DNA from: an uncultured bacterium
GTDB taxonomy: Bacteria > Verrucomicrobiota > Verrucomicrobiia > Limisphaerales > UBA8199
Reading direction: 5' to 3'
DNA: 64,000 nucleotides
NCBI GenBank assembly: GCA_963749495.1
Contig: CAVVMW010000014.1
Coordinates: 32,001-96,000 of the forward strand
Positions 20,302 through 30,643 of this stretch are shown here, piece by piece. The notes under the pieces are model-generated. The model did not search any database, had not been told where the DNA came from, and was given only the letters and a program-made list of their open reading frames with translations. Each line of letters starts with the position of its first letter. Position 1 is the stretch's first letter. The translations under genes and the position numbers were made by a program.

Positions 20302-21501
20302 ATGCGCGTCATCCATGTCATCACGCGGCTGATTGTCGGCGGGGCTCAGGAAAACACGATCGCGTCGGTCTTTGGCCTGGGCGAAAGGCCCGGCGTTGAG
20401 GCGCTCCTGGTTTCGGGTCCGACCCGGGGCCCGGAAGGCTCGCTGGAGCCGCTGCTGGCCCGCTGCCCCGGGCTGCTGACTGTCCTGCCGGAGCTGGTCC
20501 GCCCGGTGCACCCCTGGAAGGATTGGCTGGCCTTGCGCCGGCTGACTGGGCTCTTCACCTCCCGCCGGCCGGACATCGTCCACACTCACAGCGGCAAGGC
20601 GGGCGTTCTGGGCCGCCTGGCGGCCGCCCGCGCCGGCGTGCCCATCATCGTCCATACGATCCACGGCCCTTCCTTCGGCCCGTTTCAAGGCCCGCTCGCC
20701 AATACCCTGTTCCGTGCCGCCGAACGCCGCGCCGGAAAGCTCACCACGCATTTCGTCGTCGTCGCCGAGGCCATGAAACGCCAATACCTGGCTGCCGGCA
20801 TCGGCCGGCCCGCCCAGTACACCACGATCTGCAGTGGGTTCGTGCTGGAGCCGTTCCTGGCGGCGGCCAACGACCTTGAACTGCGCGCGCGGCTTGGGCT
20901 GGCGCCCCAGGACATTGTCCTGGGCAAGCTCGCCCGCCTCTTCAAGCTCAAAGGCCATGACGACCTGCTTAACATCGCCCCCGCGCTGGTGAGCGCCTGT
21001 CCCAGGCTCAAGTTCCTCTTTGTCGGCGATGGCCAGTGGCGCGCCCGCCTGGCCAAACGGACCCGCCGCCTGGGTTTGGAAAGGCACTTCGTCTTCGCCG
21101 GCCTGGTGCCGCCCGAGGCGGTCCCGGGTCTGCTCGGCATCATGGACATGGTGGTACACCTCTCGAGGCGGGAGGGGCTGGCCCGCGCCCTCCCCCAGGC
21201 CCTGGCCGCCGCCAAACCGATCATCGCCTACGATTGTGATGGCGCCCGCGAGGTGTGCATTGACAATGAAACCGGTTTCCTTGTGGCTCCAGGCGACCTG
21301 GCCGGCTTGAGCCGGCACATCCAGGACCTGGCCCAGGACCCGGACCTGCGCCGCCGCCTCGGCAGCCGCGGGCGCCAACTCGTTCAGCAGCGCTTCACCC
21401 TCCGGCAGATGGTGGACGAACTGTATGGCCTCTATCTTCAACTCGAGCAACGCCGGGCCGCCGCAGGCGGAGAAATCACCCCGCGCAAACTCGACTCATG
21501 A
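20302..21501 (+). CDS. Glycosyltransferase family 4
   Basis: HVITRLIVGGAQEN, HTHSGKAG, LKGH, REGLARALPQA. Confidence 0.93.
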   Translation: MRVIHVITRLIVGGAQENTIASVFGLGERPGVEALLVSGPTRGPEGSLEPLLARCPGLLTVLPELVRPVHPWKDWLALRRLTGLFTSRRPDIVHTHSGKAGVLGRLAAARAGVPIIVHTIHGPSFGPFQGPLANTLFRAAERRAGKLTTHFVVVAEAMKRQYLAAGIGRPAQYTTICSGFVLEPFLAAANDLELRARLGLAPQDIVLGKLARLFKLKGHDDLLNIAPALVSACPRLKFLFVGDGQWRARLAKRTRRLGLERHFVFAGLVPPEAVPGLLGIMDMVVHLSRREGLARALPQALAAAKPIIAYDCDGAREVCIDNETGFLVAPGDLAGLSRHIQDLAQDPDLRRRLGSRGRQLVQQRFTLRQMVDELYGLYLQLEQRRAAAGGEITPRKLDS

Positions 21502-21532
21502 AATTTCAAATTTCAGAGCCTCGCTTCTCCCA

Positions 21533-22579
21533 ATGATCTTCCCCTTCAATGCCTATCTGGTTGCCGTCCTGAGCGCGTGGCTCACGGCGCTGGCGGCCTT
21601 GCCGCTGTGGAGGAGGTGGTGCCTGCGCACCGGCTTGATGGATGATCCGGGCAAGCGCAAGATACATGACAACCCGATCCCGTTGGCTGGCGGGCTGGCC
21701 GTCATGACCGGCCTGGTGGTGCCGACCCTTCTGGCCTGGCTGTTGCTAGGGTTGCCGGGCGCGCATGGCCGTCTCTGGGGAGTCCTGCCGCCCTCCTATT
21801 CCCCGCCGCTCCCGCGCGCCCCACAGCCGCTGCTGGAGCCCTACGCAGCCTTCCTCCTCCAATACGGTTTCAACCGCCGCGCCCTGGAGTTGCTGGGCAT
21901 CCTCGCCGGCGCCTTCGGCATTGTCCTGGTCGGCTGGCTGGACGACAAATATGAGCTGAGCCCGCGCGCGAAATTCACCGGACAGTTGCTCGTGGCCGCC
22001 CTGGTGGCCGCCACTGGCACCCGCATCACGCTGTTTGTCCCCAGCCTCCTCTTCAGCTACGCCGTCACCATCCTGTGGATTCTCACCCTGGTCAACGCCC
22101 TCAACTTCATGGACAACATGAACGGCCTGTGCGCGGGCCTGGGCGCCATCGGCGCCTGGTGCTTTGGCGCGCGGGCCGCCGCCGATGGCCAGTACCTGGT
22201 GACGCTCATCGCCCTGCTCGCCTTCGGAGCGCTGCTGGGATTCCTCCCGTACAACTTCCCTCGCGCCCGCGCTTTCCTGGGCGATGCCGGCAGCCACCTG
22301 GTTGGCTATCTGTTGGCCGTGCTGGCCATCCTGCCCCACTTCTATACCCCCCATCGTCACCGGCGCTGGGCCGTCCTCATCCCCCTGGCCGTCCTGGCTG
22401 TCCCGCTCCTGGACCTGGTCTGGGTCGTCCTCCTGCGCTGGCGCCTGGGCAAACCCGTTTACCAGGGCGACACCAACCACCTCTCCCATCGCCTGGTCCG
22501 CTTGGGCCTCAGCCAAACCCAGGCCGTCCTGCTCATCTGGCTGGCCGCTGCCCTCTGCGGATTGGTTTGCCTCTTTTAG
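21533..22579 (+). CDS. MraY/WecA-family undecaprenyl-phosphate sugar-1-phosphate transferase
   Basis: RKIH..PIPLAGG, GWLDD, NALNFMDNMNGL, FLGDAGS, DTNHLSHRL. Confidence 0.93.
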   Translation: MIFPFNAYLVAVLSAWLTALAALPLWRRWCLRTGLMDDPGKRKIHDNPIPLAGGLAVMTGLVVPTLLAWLLLGLPGAHGRLWGVLPPSYSPPLPRAPQPLLEPYAAFLLQYGFNRRALELLGILAGAFGIVLVGWLDDKYELSPRAKFTGQLLVAALVAATGTRITLFVPSLLFSYAVTILWILTLVNALNFMDNMNGLCAGLGAIGAWCFGARAAADGQYLVTLIALLAFGALLGFLPYNFPRARAFLGDAGSHLVGYLLAVLAILPHFYTPHRHRRWAVLIPLAVLAVPLLDLVWVVLLRWRLGKPVYQGDTNHLSHRLVRLGLSQTQAVLLIWLAAALCGLVCLF

Positions 22580-22666
22580 GGCCAGGCACATTCGTCATTC
22601 GTCATTCGTCATTCGTCATTCGCCACTCCGCATTCCGCACTCCGCACTCCGCACTCCGCACTCGAT

Positions 22667-24478
22667 TCATCCCTCCGCCTTGCTCCTGGCGGCGATGACC
22701 TCCGAGAAGATGCCCAGGACCTCGGCCCGGGCCAGGGCGCCCACCAGGCGGTTTTCCTTCAGGGTGTTGACGACCGGGATGTTGCGCTGTTCGCTGGACA
22801 ACACCACCGGCAGCGCCTCGATCAGCCGCTGGTTAGGCGTCACACAGGCAGGCGGCGGGCGCATGATGTCATAGGCTATCACCCCGCGCAGTTCGTCGCC
22901 GGCCCCGAGGTACTCCTTCAAGTCCTGCAACGCCACCAGGCCGACCAACTGGTTGCGGGCATCCACGACCGGCAGGAAGTTATTGGCGCTGGTCAGGAAA
23001 CGGTCGGCGATCTCGCCCAGCAGCGAGTTTTCCCGCACCGGCGCCACTGGGGCGCGCATGATGTCGGCCACCGTCCGCTCCGTGGCCGCCTCGGAGGTCG
23101 TAGCGTCCTGGGGCACCGTCACTCCTTTGCGCCGCAGCGGCTCGGTATAGATGGACTCCGGGTGCAGGCGGCGCGTCACCAGGGTCGAGACCACACACGC
23201 CAGCATCAAGGGCGGGACCAGAGAGTAGTCCAGCGAGATCTCGAAGACCATGATCAACGCCAGCAGCGGCGAGCGGGTGGTGGCCGAGAGCATGCTGCCC
23301 ATGCCCGCCACGATGAACGTGCTGACGGGCAGCTCCTTGGCCACGTGCAACTCCTGCAATCCCAGCCCCGAGATCGCTCCCAACCCCGCGCCCAAAAACA
23401 GCGTCGGCGTAAAGACCCCGCCCACCGCCCCCGAACCCACCGTCGCCAGCGTCGCAATCAGCTTGGCCAAGGTCAGTCCAATCAGGAACAGCAAGCCGGT
23501 GTACTCGCCTTGAAGGATGCGGTTGGTGATGACGTAACCATTGCCGCAGACCCCGGGGAATTGCAGGGCCAGGAAGCCCACGATCAAACCGCCCAGGGCC
23601 AGCCGGATGTAGATCGGCGCCTGCAACCCCTTGAACAGTTCCTCCGCCCGGCTCAGCAGCTTGAGAAACGCCGCCCCCGCCGCCCCGGTCACCACCCCCA
23701 GGCACACAAACCACGGCAGTTGCGTCACGCTGGTAAAGTCAAACGGCGGCACCTTGTACCAAGGCTCGATCCCAAAAAAGCTCCGCGAAACCATCGTGGC
23801 CACCACGGACGAAAAGACCAGGGGCGCAAAGAGGTTCATCGAGAAGTTCCCCAGAACGATCAGCGCGGCAAACACGGCCCCGGAAATCGGGGCGTTGTAG
23901 GCCGCCGCGATGCCCGACGCCGCCCCGCAGCCCACCAGCAGCCGCAGCCGATACGGCGGCCACTTGGCCAATTGGCCCCACTTGGAGGCGAACGTGGCCG
24001 ATAGTTGAGTGATGCCGCCTTCCCGCCCGATCGAGCCCCCAGAGCCAATCGTGATCAGTGAGGAGAGGAACTTGACAATCCCGTTCCGAAACGGCAGCCG
24101 CCCGTCCCCGGCCACCACCACCTCCAGCAGGTTGGTGGAACGCTGCGGGCCCGCCAGGCGCAGCCCCCAATACAATACCAACCCCGCCAAAAGACCCCCG
24201 AGCGTCGGCGTCAGCACCCGCTGCCACCCCACCATCATCTCCGCCACTTCCTCCGGCCGGCCCGGCTGGCCCACGAACAACTCCTTGACCCAATCCGTCG
24301 CGTAGTAAAACAACAGGTTGACCAGCCCCCCGATCACCCCCACCCCTCCGGCCAGGACCAGGTGAAAGGTCTCCTCGCTGAAACGGAATGTCTCCCGAAT
24401 CCGCAGCGCCCGCTGCCAGTGGCGCCGGAAAAACCGGTGGCCCCCATCGATGATTGTCGCGCTCTTTACCAACCGCAC
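22667..24478 (-). CDS. ClC-family (ClcB-like) chloride channel with a CBS pair
   Basis: GGSIGREG and [12 protein letters not shown] motifs; C-terminal CBS domains. Confidence 0.93.
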   Translation of the reverse strand: MRLVKSATIIDGGHRFFRRHWQRALRIRETFRFSEETFHLVLAGGVGVIGGLVNLLFYYATDWVKELFVGQPGRPEEVAEMMVGWQRVLTPTLGGLLAGLVLYWGLRLAGPQRSTNLLEVVVAGDGRLPFRNGIVKFLSSLITIGSGGSIGREGGITQLSATFASKWGQLAKWPPYRLRLLVGCGAASGIAAAYNAPISGAVFAALIVLGNFSMNLFAPLVFSSVVATMVSRSFFGIEPWYKVPPFDFTSVTQLPWFVCLGVVTGAAGAAFLKLLSRAEELFKGLQAPIYIRLALGGLIVGFLALQFPGVCGNGYVITNRILQGEYTGLLFLIGLTLAKLIATLATVGSGAVGGVFTPTLFLGAGLGAISGLGLQELHVAKELPVSTFIVAGMGSMLSATTRSPLLALIMVFEISLDYSLVPPLMLACVVSTLVTRRLHPESIYTEPLRRKGVTVPQDATTSEAATERTVADIMRAPVAPVRENSLLGEIADRFLTSANNFLPVVDARNQLVGLVALQDLKEYLGAGDELRGVIAYDIMRPPPACVTPNQRLIEALPVVLSSEQRNIPVVNTLKENRLVGALARAEVLGIFSEVIAARSKAEG

Positions 24479-24852
24479 AAACTGATGCTATGGCCGATCG
24501 GGTTCCTGGCAAACGCAAATTCCTCGACAACCTTCCCCCCGACCAGGTGCTCCTGGATGATTCGTTCGAGCACCGCGGGGGTGCAGGAGTGATACCACAC
24601 CGCCTCCGGATAAACCACCGCGATGGGCCCTTGGGCGCAGACCCGCAGGCAATTGGCCTTGCTCCGATACACCAGCGGCTCCGGCCCCGACAGTTTCAAT
24701 TCCTGGAGCCGCCGCTTCAAATACTCCCACGATTCCAGCCCTTGGGCCTTGCTGGCGCACTTGGGCTCGGTCTGGTCTGCGCACAGGAATATGTGCCGCC
24801 GGTAGTGCTCCAGCCCCAGCACCCCGGCCAAGACCCGCAATTCATTCGACAT
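24466..24852 (-). CDS. Thioredoxin-like [2Fe-2S] ferredoxin
   Basis: HIFLCAD..PKC...[23 protein letters not shown]...IIQEHL. Confidence 0.92.
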   Translation of the reverse strand: MSNELRVLAGVLGLEHYRRHIFLCADQTEPKCASKAQGLESWEYLKRRLQELKLSGPEPLVYRSKANCLRVCAQGPIAVVYPEAVWYHSCTPAVLERIIQEHLVGGKVVEEFAFARNPIGHSISLCGW

Positions 24853-24857
24853 ACAGG

Positions 24858-25121
24858 CTACGTGGGACGGATGGATTCGATCTCGAGGATGCGCACCTCT
24901 TCAACCAACGGATCAAGCCAGTAAACCACCCGAAAACGGCCAAAGTATCTCACAGAGTAATCCCGGCCGGCTGGCGAACGGCGCAGAGCGTCCGGCCCCT
25001 GGCTGGGATCAGTCACAAGCGAACGCAGCGCTCGCCTGAGGTGAGCCCTTTCGGCTGGGCCGAGCGTTTCGGAAAAGTCCCAGGCTTGCTCATGTATCAC
25101 CAGTTGCCAACCAGCGCTCAT
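24858..25121 (-). CDS. RelE/ParE-family toxin
   Basis: 87 aa with [19 protein letters not shown]; adjacent to a small antitoxin-like gene. Confidence 0.7.
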   Translation of the reverse strand: MSAGWQLVIHEQAWDFSETLGPAERAHLRRALRSLVTDPSQGPDALRRSPAGRDYSVRYFGRFRVVYWLDPLVEEVRILEIESIRPT

Positions 25122-25331
25122 TTAACCCCGGTTCGGCCGATCGAGACGCCTCTCAAACTCCTCCAGAGACAGCCGTTTCTTTCCGGTGTCCATATCGGCC
25201 AGACGCCGATCCAATTCGCTCAGTTCCTCCTGGCTATGGGCGCGCAGCTTCTCCGACAGGCAGACAAACAGGAATTGCTGCTCTTCCACTGTGGCGGCGT
25301 CCACCATGCTTTTCAGTTCAGCCGTACTCAT
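25122..25331 (-). CDS. Addiction-module antitoxin-like protein
   Basis: ELDRRLADMDTGKKRLSLEEF; directly upstream of the RelE-like gene. Confidence 0.7.
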   Translation of the reverse strand: MSTAELKSMVDAATVEEQQFLFVCLSEKLRAHSQEELSELDRRLADMDTGKKRLSLEEFERRLDRPNRG

Positions 25332-25408
25332 GCACAAACCCTAGCAGAGACCCGTGGCGACTGCAACCACACGGCGGAACGGTTTGGACTTGTTTTCCGA
25401 TTTCCGTC

Positions 25409-26887
25409 TCAGCCCGTCCCCCTGGCCTCGAGGATGAGCCGCGTCTTGAGTTCGTGCAATCCCAATTCGAGGCCGACTGGGTACTGGTGCGGGTTGAGCA
25501 GCCGCTTGATGCCGGGATGGAGCATAGCCAGTTGCTGCTGGAGGCGCTCCCGGATGGCCGGCAGAGCGGGAGGCGAATAGACCAACTGGCCGCGCCGGAA
25601 CACCGGCACCAGGAGGTCCTCGGAAGGAGTCTCCGGCGCGAATTGCTTCCGGCGCGTCGGGTCCACGGGATCGACAATCGTAAAGCGCTCGGGCAGCGGC
25701 GCGCTCAGGTCGTAGATGGCGTCGCCAATGAATTCGCTTTCGGAGCGGAAGCGGCGGACCTGGAGGACGCCGGGATTGGTGACCTTGGCGGCCTGCGAGG
25801 AGAGCTTGAGCTTGGGCTGCCACGCCCCGCCGGGTTGGCGCAGGGCCGAGAGCTTATAGACACCGCCCAGGGCCGGATGGTCGTAGGCGGTGACGAGCCT
25901 GGTGCCGACGCCCCAGACATTGATTTTGGCCCCCTGTTCCTTGAGGCTGCTGATGACGTGCTCGTCCAGGTCGTTGCTCCCCACGATGAGCGCGCGCGTG
26001 AACCCTGCCTCATCGAGCATTTTCCGGGCTTGAATGCTCAAGTAGGCCAGGTCGCCCGAGTCGAGCCGGATGCCGCCCAACGGGTAACCCGCTTGCCGGA
26101 GCCGCCGCCCGGTCTCAATGGCCTGCCGAACCCCCTCCAGCGAATCGTAAGTGTCCACCAGGAAGATGCAGTTGTTGGGCAGGGCCTTGGCGTAGGCCCC
26201 GAAGGCCTCCCGCTCACTGTCGAACGACATCACCCAACTGTGCGCCTGGGTCCCGGCTACGGGGATGCCGTAGGCCTTGCCGGCAAGGAGATTGGAGGTG
26301 CCCGCGCAACCGCCCACATGCGCCGCCCGGCTGGCGGTCAAACCCCCATCCACTCCCTGCGCCCGGCGCAGGCCAAACTCGATGACCGGCTCCCCCCGGG
26401 CGGCCAACCCGATGCGCGCTGCCTTGGTGGCGATGAGCGACTGGAAGTTGATGAAATTGAGCAGGGCCGTTTCGACGATTTGCCCTTGCAGGATCGGCCC
26501 TTGCACCCGCAGCAACGGCTCCTGCGCAAACACCACCGTCCCTTCCGGCACAGCATCCACGTCGCACTCCAGCCGCACCTGGGCCAGGTAGTCCAAAAAC
26601 GCCCGCTCGAAAAGCGGCTCGCCGTCCTGGCCGGGGACCGTCGCCAGGTAATCCAGGTCCGACTCCAGGAAGCGGAAGCCGCGCAAGTACTCGATGGCGG
26701 ACTGCAGGCCGCTGGCAACCGTGAACCCGCCCGCGAATGGCGCCTCCCGAAAGGACAGGTGAAACGCCGCCTCCTTGCCGGCCGTGCCCGACTTCCAGTA
26801 GGCGCAGGCCATGGTCAACTCGTAGAGGTCGCTCACCATGCCCAGCCCGGCCTCAAGGCCGCCCAGTACAAGCGAAGGAAACGGCAT
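25409..26887 (-). CDS. pncB: Nicotinate phosphoribosyltransferase
   Basis: [43 protein letters not shown]. Confidence 0.95.
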   Translation of the reverse strand: MPFPSLVLGGLEAGLGMVSDLYELTMACAYWKSGTAGKEAAFHLSFREAPFAGGFTVASGLQSAIEYLRGFRFLESDLDYLATVPGQDGEPLFERAFLDYLAQVRLECDVDAVPEGTVVFAQEPLLRVQGPILQGQIVETALLNFINFQSLIATKAARIGLAARGEPVIEFGLRRAQGVDGGLTASRAAHVGGCAGTSNLLAGKAYGIPVAGTQAHSWVMSFDSEREAFGAYAKALPNNCIFLVDTYDSLEGVRQAIETGRRLRQAGYPLGGIRLDSGDLAYLSIQARKMLDEAGFTRALIVGSNDLDEHVISSLKEQGAKINVWGVGTRLVTAYDHPALGGVYKLSALRQPGGAWQPKLKLSSQAAKVTNPGVLQVRRFRSESEFIGDAIYDLSAPLPERFTIVDPVDPTRRKQFAPETPSEDLLVPVFRRGQLVYSPPALPAIRERLQQQLAMLHPGIKRLLNPHQYPVGLELGLHELKTRLILEARGTG

Positions 26888-26919
26888 ACAATCAAGTTCT
26901 TCGGCCACGTCAAATCTGC

Positions 26920-27270
26920 AGCCCAGCGCCAACGGCGCGGCCCCATACCAGCCTGGGGCAACGCCCCACGTTCACCGCGTAGCGGTGCCCGATGGTAGCC
27001 GTGGACTTCCAGTCCACGGACCCATGGCTCAAGCTCAACCGCGTCGCGTAGCGACGCCTGAAAACCCCGAGGCCGTCAGGCGTCGCTACGCGACGCGGGA
27101 CCGTTCCCACACCGCAAACCGTGGACCGAGGTCCACGGCTGCCTTCACTGCGTCGCTCCGCGACGCACGCGAGCAGGGCCTTTGGCCCAGGCTGGTACGG
27201 ACCGCGCCGTTGGCGCTCCAGGCGTTGGTTCGGACTCGGATCATCTCCTGGAGCGTTGCCCTGGGACTAC
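26920..27270. repeat. Nested REP-like elements (family B inside family C)
   Basis: agcgccaacggcgcgg...ctggggcaacgc and its inverted partner enclose cgcgtagcg/ccgtggac palindromes; related to 12042-12150 and 6198-6410. Confidence 0.7.
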
Positions 27271-27283
27271 TGCCTACCAGCCA

Positions 27284-27541
27284 CTAACTCCACATCGAGG
27301 ACGAAATGTCACGGACCAGTTCGAGGTCTTCGCTCGGTTCGGTCAGGAACGTGAGTTGTTCATCGTCATCACGGATCATAATCCCGGCGTCGTGGCCGCT
27401 ATACTCCTCGAAGCCACTGGAGAACTCACCTTCTTCGCCATCGCTCACAAAGACCACGCTGGCAGCCGTTCCCTTGTATCGGACCCGGTCGCCGGCGTGT
27501 ACCTCCTCGCCGGTCAGGTAGTGCGGCAGGTTGACATTCAT
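27284..27541 (-). CDS. Small acidic hypothetical protein
   Basis: PHYLTGEEVHAGDRVRY...EDLELV looks like a globular domain. Confidence 0.6.
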   Translation of the reverse strand: MNVNLPHYLTGEEVHAGDRVRYKGTAASVVFVSDGEEGEFSSGFEEYSGHDAGIMIRDDDEQLTFLTEPSEDLELVRDISSSMWS

Positions 27542-27653
27542 AAGCGTCGTACCTATCTGCATTGCGCTTGCTGCCCTCGGGCCGGGCCAATGCCTGGCCC
27601 GAGTGGATGTGAATGCCTCCCTTCTACACCCGCCGCCCGGTTTTGGGAAGCGG

Positions 27654-28664
27654 TTACTTCTTCTCTTTCTCTTTCTCTTTCTGCTTTTTCTCGGCCTGAA
27701 TGATCTTGTCAACGTCTTCGGCCTTGATGATCTCGGGCTGAGCGCCTTTCTGCAATTGGTCCCGCGAGGGCACCTTGATGATGTCGCTGGTCAACGGGGC
27801 GGCTGGGGCCGGCGGCTTGGGCGCCGCGGGCGGCTCGATGCTGTTCAATTCCATTTCATAAATGACGGTCGAGCCGGGCTCGAGGTTCGGGCCCTGTCGG
27901 TCCCCGTTGGCCAGGGCCGACGGCAGGTAGAGTTCCCATTTGGAACCGACCTTCATCATCTGCCAGGCCTCGTTCCACCCCTGGAAACCGCCCCGGCCGA
28001 CCGGCCGCTTGGCCGGGCCTTGCCCGCCCCGGGCCGAGTTGTCGAACTCCTTGCCCTCGATGGTGAGGCCGCGATAGGTGACGCTGACCATGTCGTTGGT
28101 CTTCGGTATGGGGCCGGTCCCTTCCTTGATGACCTTATACTGCATCTCCGCCGTCTTGCCGTCGCGCAGGGTCACCGTGCAGGTCTTGACCCCCTCCTTT
28201 TTCTTGTTCTCGGCCAGAAAGGCCTCGCCTTTCTTGTGGTTCAGGTCCGCCAGCCTGAGGCGCTCTTCCTCGCGGCGTGCCTGGCATGAAGTCTGGTAAG
28301 ACCGCAGGGCTTCCATCATCTGGTTGGTCTCGTTTAACCGTGCCGGATGACCGGCCACCAGGTCCCTGATCCCGCTGGCAACTACATCCAGGTCGAGATC
28401 CACGATGTTCGCCTTGATGTACTTGCCCATGCTCATGCCGACGGCGTAGCTCATGAATTCCTTCTGGTCCTTGAACCCCTCCGGCAGCTTGGGCGGCGAA
28501 GGTTGGGGGACCATCGTCGTGGGCGCCGGCGGCGCGGCCGGCGGCCTTTTGAAGTTCAGGTTTGTGACGGGACTGGCGGCCGGCTGGACCTGTGCCCCAG
28601 CCCGTGGCTGCCCCACCCCCGTCCCCAGTCCCAAAACCAAAATCAGTCCTAATGCTTTCTTCAT
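27654..28664 (-). CDS. FKBP-type peptidyl-prolyl isomerase (FkpA/Mip-like), exported
   Basis: Signal peptide, SYAVG, GEAFLAEN, GKEFDNS, GWNEAWQMMKVGSKWELYLPSALA. Confidence 0.93.
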   Translation of the reverse strand: MKKALGLILVLGLGTGVGQPRAGAQVQPAASPVTNLNFKRPPAAPPAPTTMVPQPSPPKLPEGFKDQKEFMSYAVGMSMGKYIKANIVDLDLDVVASGIRDLVAGHPARLNETNQMMEALRSYQTSCQARREEERLRLADLNHKKGEAFLAENKKKEGVKTCTVTLRDGKTAEMQYKVIKEGTGPIPKTNDMVSVTYRGLTIEGKEFDNSARGGQGPAKRPVGRGGFQGWNEAWQMMKVGSKWELYLPSALANGDRQGPNLEPGSTVIYEMELNSIEPPAAPKPPAPAAPLTSDIIKVPSRDQLQKGAQPEIIKAEDVDKIIQAEKKQKEKEKEKK

Positions 28665-28784
28665 AGTTCTGTGTAATGTGAACATTCGTTGTTTAAATGT
28701 CCGTTGGGTGTACACAAAATCCAGACGAAGTCCAGCCGGAAAAAACTTTTTGCGCCCGGCCCATTTCATGGTTGAATCAGCCGC

Positions 28785-30098
28785 ATGAAACTACTGGTTA
28801 TCGGCTCGGGCGGACGCGAGCACGCGCTGGTCTGGAAACTGGCCCAGTCGCCCCTGGCCTCCCGCTTGTGCTGCGCGCCGGGCAACGCCGGCATCGCCGC
28901 AGAACGCCTGGCCGCCAACGGGCACCCGGTCCAATGCGTGAATATCGGCGCCGAAGACCTAGCGCGGCTTTTGGCCCTGGCCCAGGAATTCAAACCCGAC
29001 CTCACCGTGGTCGGCCCGGACAACCCGCTCGCGCTGGGTATTGTCGACCTCTTCGCCCGGAACGGGCTGCCCATCTGGGGCCCCAACCAGAGCGCCGCAC
29101 GCTTTGAGGCCTCGAAGGCCTTTTCCCAGGCCTTCATGGAACGACATGGAATCCCCACTGCCCGCTCCGGCACCTTCCACGAACCCAAAGCCGCCGCCGC
29201 CTTTGCCGCCTCCCTGGGCGGCCGTTGCGCTGTCAAAGCCGACGGCCTGGCCCTCGGCAAAGGCGTGCTGCTCTGCGCCTGCCTCGCCGAGGCAGAAAAG
29301 GCCATCACCGACATCCTCGTGCGCAAGGCCTTCGGCTCAGCCGGCGGCCAGATCGTCATCCAGGAACTCCTCGAAGGCATCGAAGTCTCTCTCCACGCCC
29401 TTTGCGACGGCAAGAGCGCCCTGCTCTTCCCCACCTCCCAGGACCATAAACGCGCCCTCGATGGCGACCAGGGCCCCAACACCGGCGGCATGGGCGCCTC
29501 TTCGCCCACCCCTTTCCTCACCCCTGCCGGCCTGGCCGACGCACACCGGGCCATCCTCCAGCCTTGGCTGCGCGGCTGCGCCGCCGAGGCCATCGATTTT
29601 CACGGCATCCTCTATCCCGGCCTGATGCTCACTCCCTCCGGCCCCAAGGTGCTCGAGTTCAACGCCCGCTTCGGCGACCCCGAAACCCAGGTTTACGTGA
29701 CTCGGCTCCAAAACGATCTCCTCACATTGCTCCAGGCCAGCGTGGACGGCACGCTCGCGAGCATCGAACTCAAATGGAACCCTGCGGTGGCGGTCTGCGT
29801 CGTCATGGCCTCAGCCGGCTACCCCGGCAGCTATTCCAAGGGCAAGCCCATCACCGGCCTGGAAGAAGCGGCCAGGTTGCCCAATACCAAAGTCTTCCAT
29901 GCGGGCACCGCCCGTGCCGGCAACCAATTCGTCACCAACGGCGGACGCGTGCTCGGCGTCACCGCCTGGGCCCAAGACCTGCCCGCAGCCCGTGCCGCAG
30001 CCTATGCCGCCGTCCAGACCATCCGCTTCGACGGCGCGCACTTCAGGCGCGACATCGCCTCTAAGTCCACAGTCCACAGTCCACAGTCTAGAGTCTAA
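28785..30098 (+). CDS. purD: Phosphoribosylamine--glycine ligase
   Basis: IGSGGREHAL, APGNAG, QDHKR..DGDQGPNTGGMG, EFNARFGDPETQ, TNGGRV. Confidence 0.97.
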   Translation: MKLLVIGSGGREHALVWKLAQSPLASRLCCAPGNAGIAAERLAANGHPVQCVNIGAEDLARLLALAQEFKPDLTVVGPDNPLALGIVDLFARNGLPIWGPNQSAARFEASKAFSQAFMERHGIPTARSGTFHEPKAAAAFAASLGGRCAVKADGLALGKGVLLCACLAEAEKAITDILVRKAFGSAGGQIVIQELLEGIEVSLHALCDGKSALLFPTSQDHKRALDGDQGPNTGGMGASSPTPFLTPAGLADAHRAILQPWLRGCAAEAIDFHGILYPGLMLTPSGPKVLEFNARFGDPETQVYVTRLQNDLLTLLQASVDGTLASIELKWNPAVAVCVVMASAGYPGSYSKGKPITGLEEAARLPNTKVFHAGTARAGNQFVTNGGRVLGVTAWAQDLPAARAAAYAAVQTIRFDGAHFRRDIASKSTVHSPQSRV

Positions 30099-30270
30099 CG
30101 TCCAAAGCCCACAGCGTGAGCCAAAGACTCTGGCCGGAGGACTCTAGAATCTGAAATTCCGAATCTGAAATCTGATATGCGAACTCTGAGACTCTGGACT
30201 GTGAACTCTGGACTGTGGACTCTGGACTGTGAACTCTGGACTGTGGACTCTGGACTGTGGACTGTGGACT
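30065..30270. repeat. Heptamer tandem repeats (gtccaca / gactgtg-type) in inverted blocks
   Basis: Read directly from the sequence; the same unit recurs at 30590-30640. Confidence 0.85.
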
Positions 30271-30275
30271 AAACA

Positions 30276-30386
30276 CAAGGGCGGCCCCTCTAGTCTGCCG
30301 GCGTCATCGGATCCTCCAGCCTAACTAATTCAGCAGCGGACTGCTGGAGAATCGCTTCAACCGGCAGACGAGAAGGTCCGCCCTTG
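30276..30386 (-). ncRNA. Putative structured RNA (111-nt rod-like hairpin)
   Basis: Three nested stems: caagggcgg/ccgcccttg, gtctgccgg/ccggcagac, ctccagc/gctggag. Strand inferred from the neighbouring promoter motif. Confidence 0.45.
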
Positions 30387-30455
30387 CAACAAACCCTGCT
30401 CAAAACCCCATCCCCGACCAAACTGGCTAGAACCAATCCGTCGGCTTAGAGAACC

Positions 30456-30472
30456 AGCACGAACGGTGCCAA
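30456..30472 (-). promoter_or_regulatory. Putative sigma54 promoter
   Basis: Minus strand TTGGCACCGTTCGTGCT has GG-N10-GC spacing and TGGCAC. Confidence 0.55.
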
Positions 30473-30643
30473 CGCGAATTTGGCCTAAAACCGCAGAGGA
30501 CCTCCTCCCAAACGCGTGATTTTCACGCATTCTGCGTGAACTTCACGCGACTCACACCATATCCACCGCCAACACGCGGATGATCTGACCGTGGACCTTG
30601 GACTTTGAACTCTGGACTGTGGACTGTGGACTGTGGACTGAGA

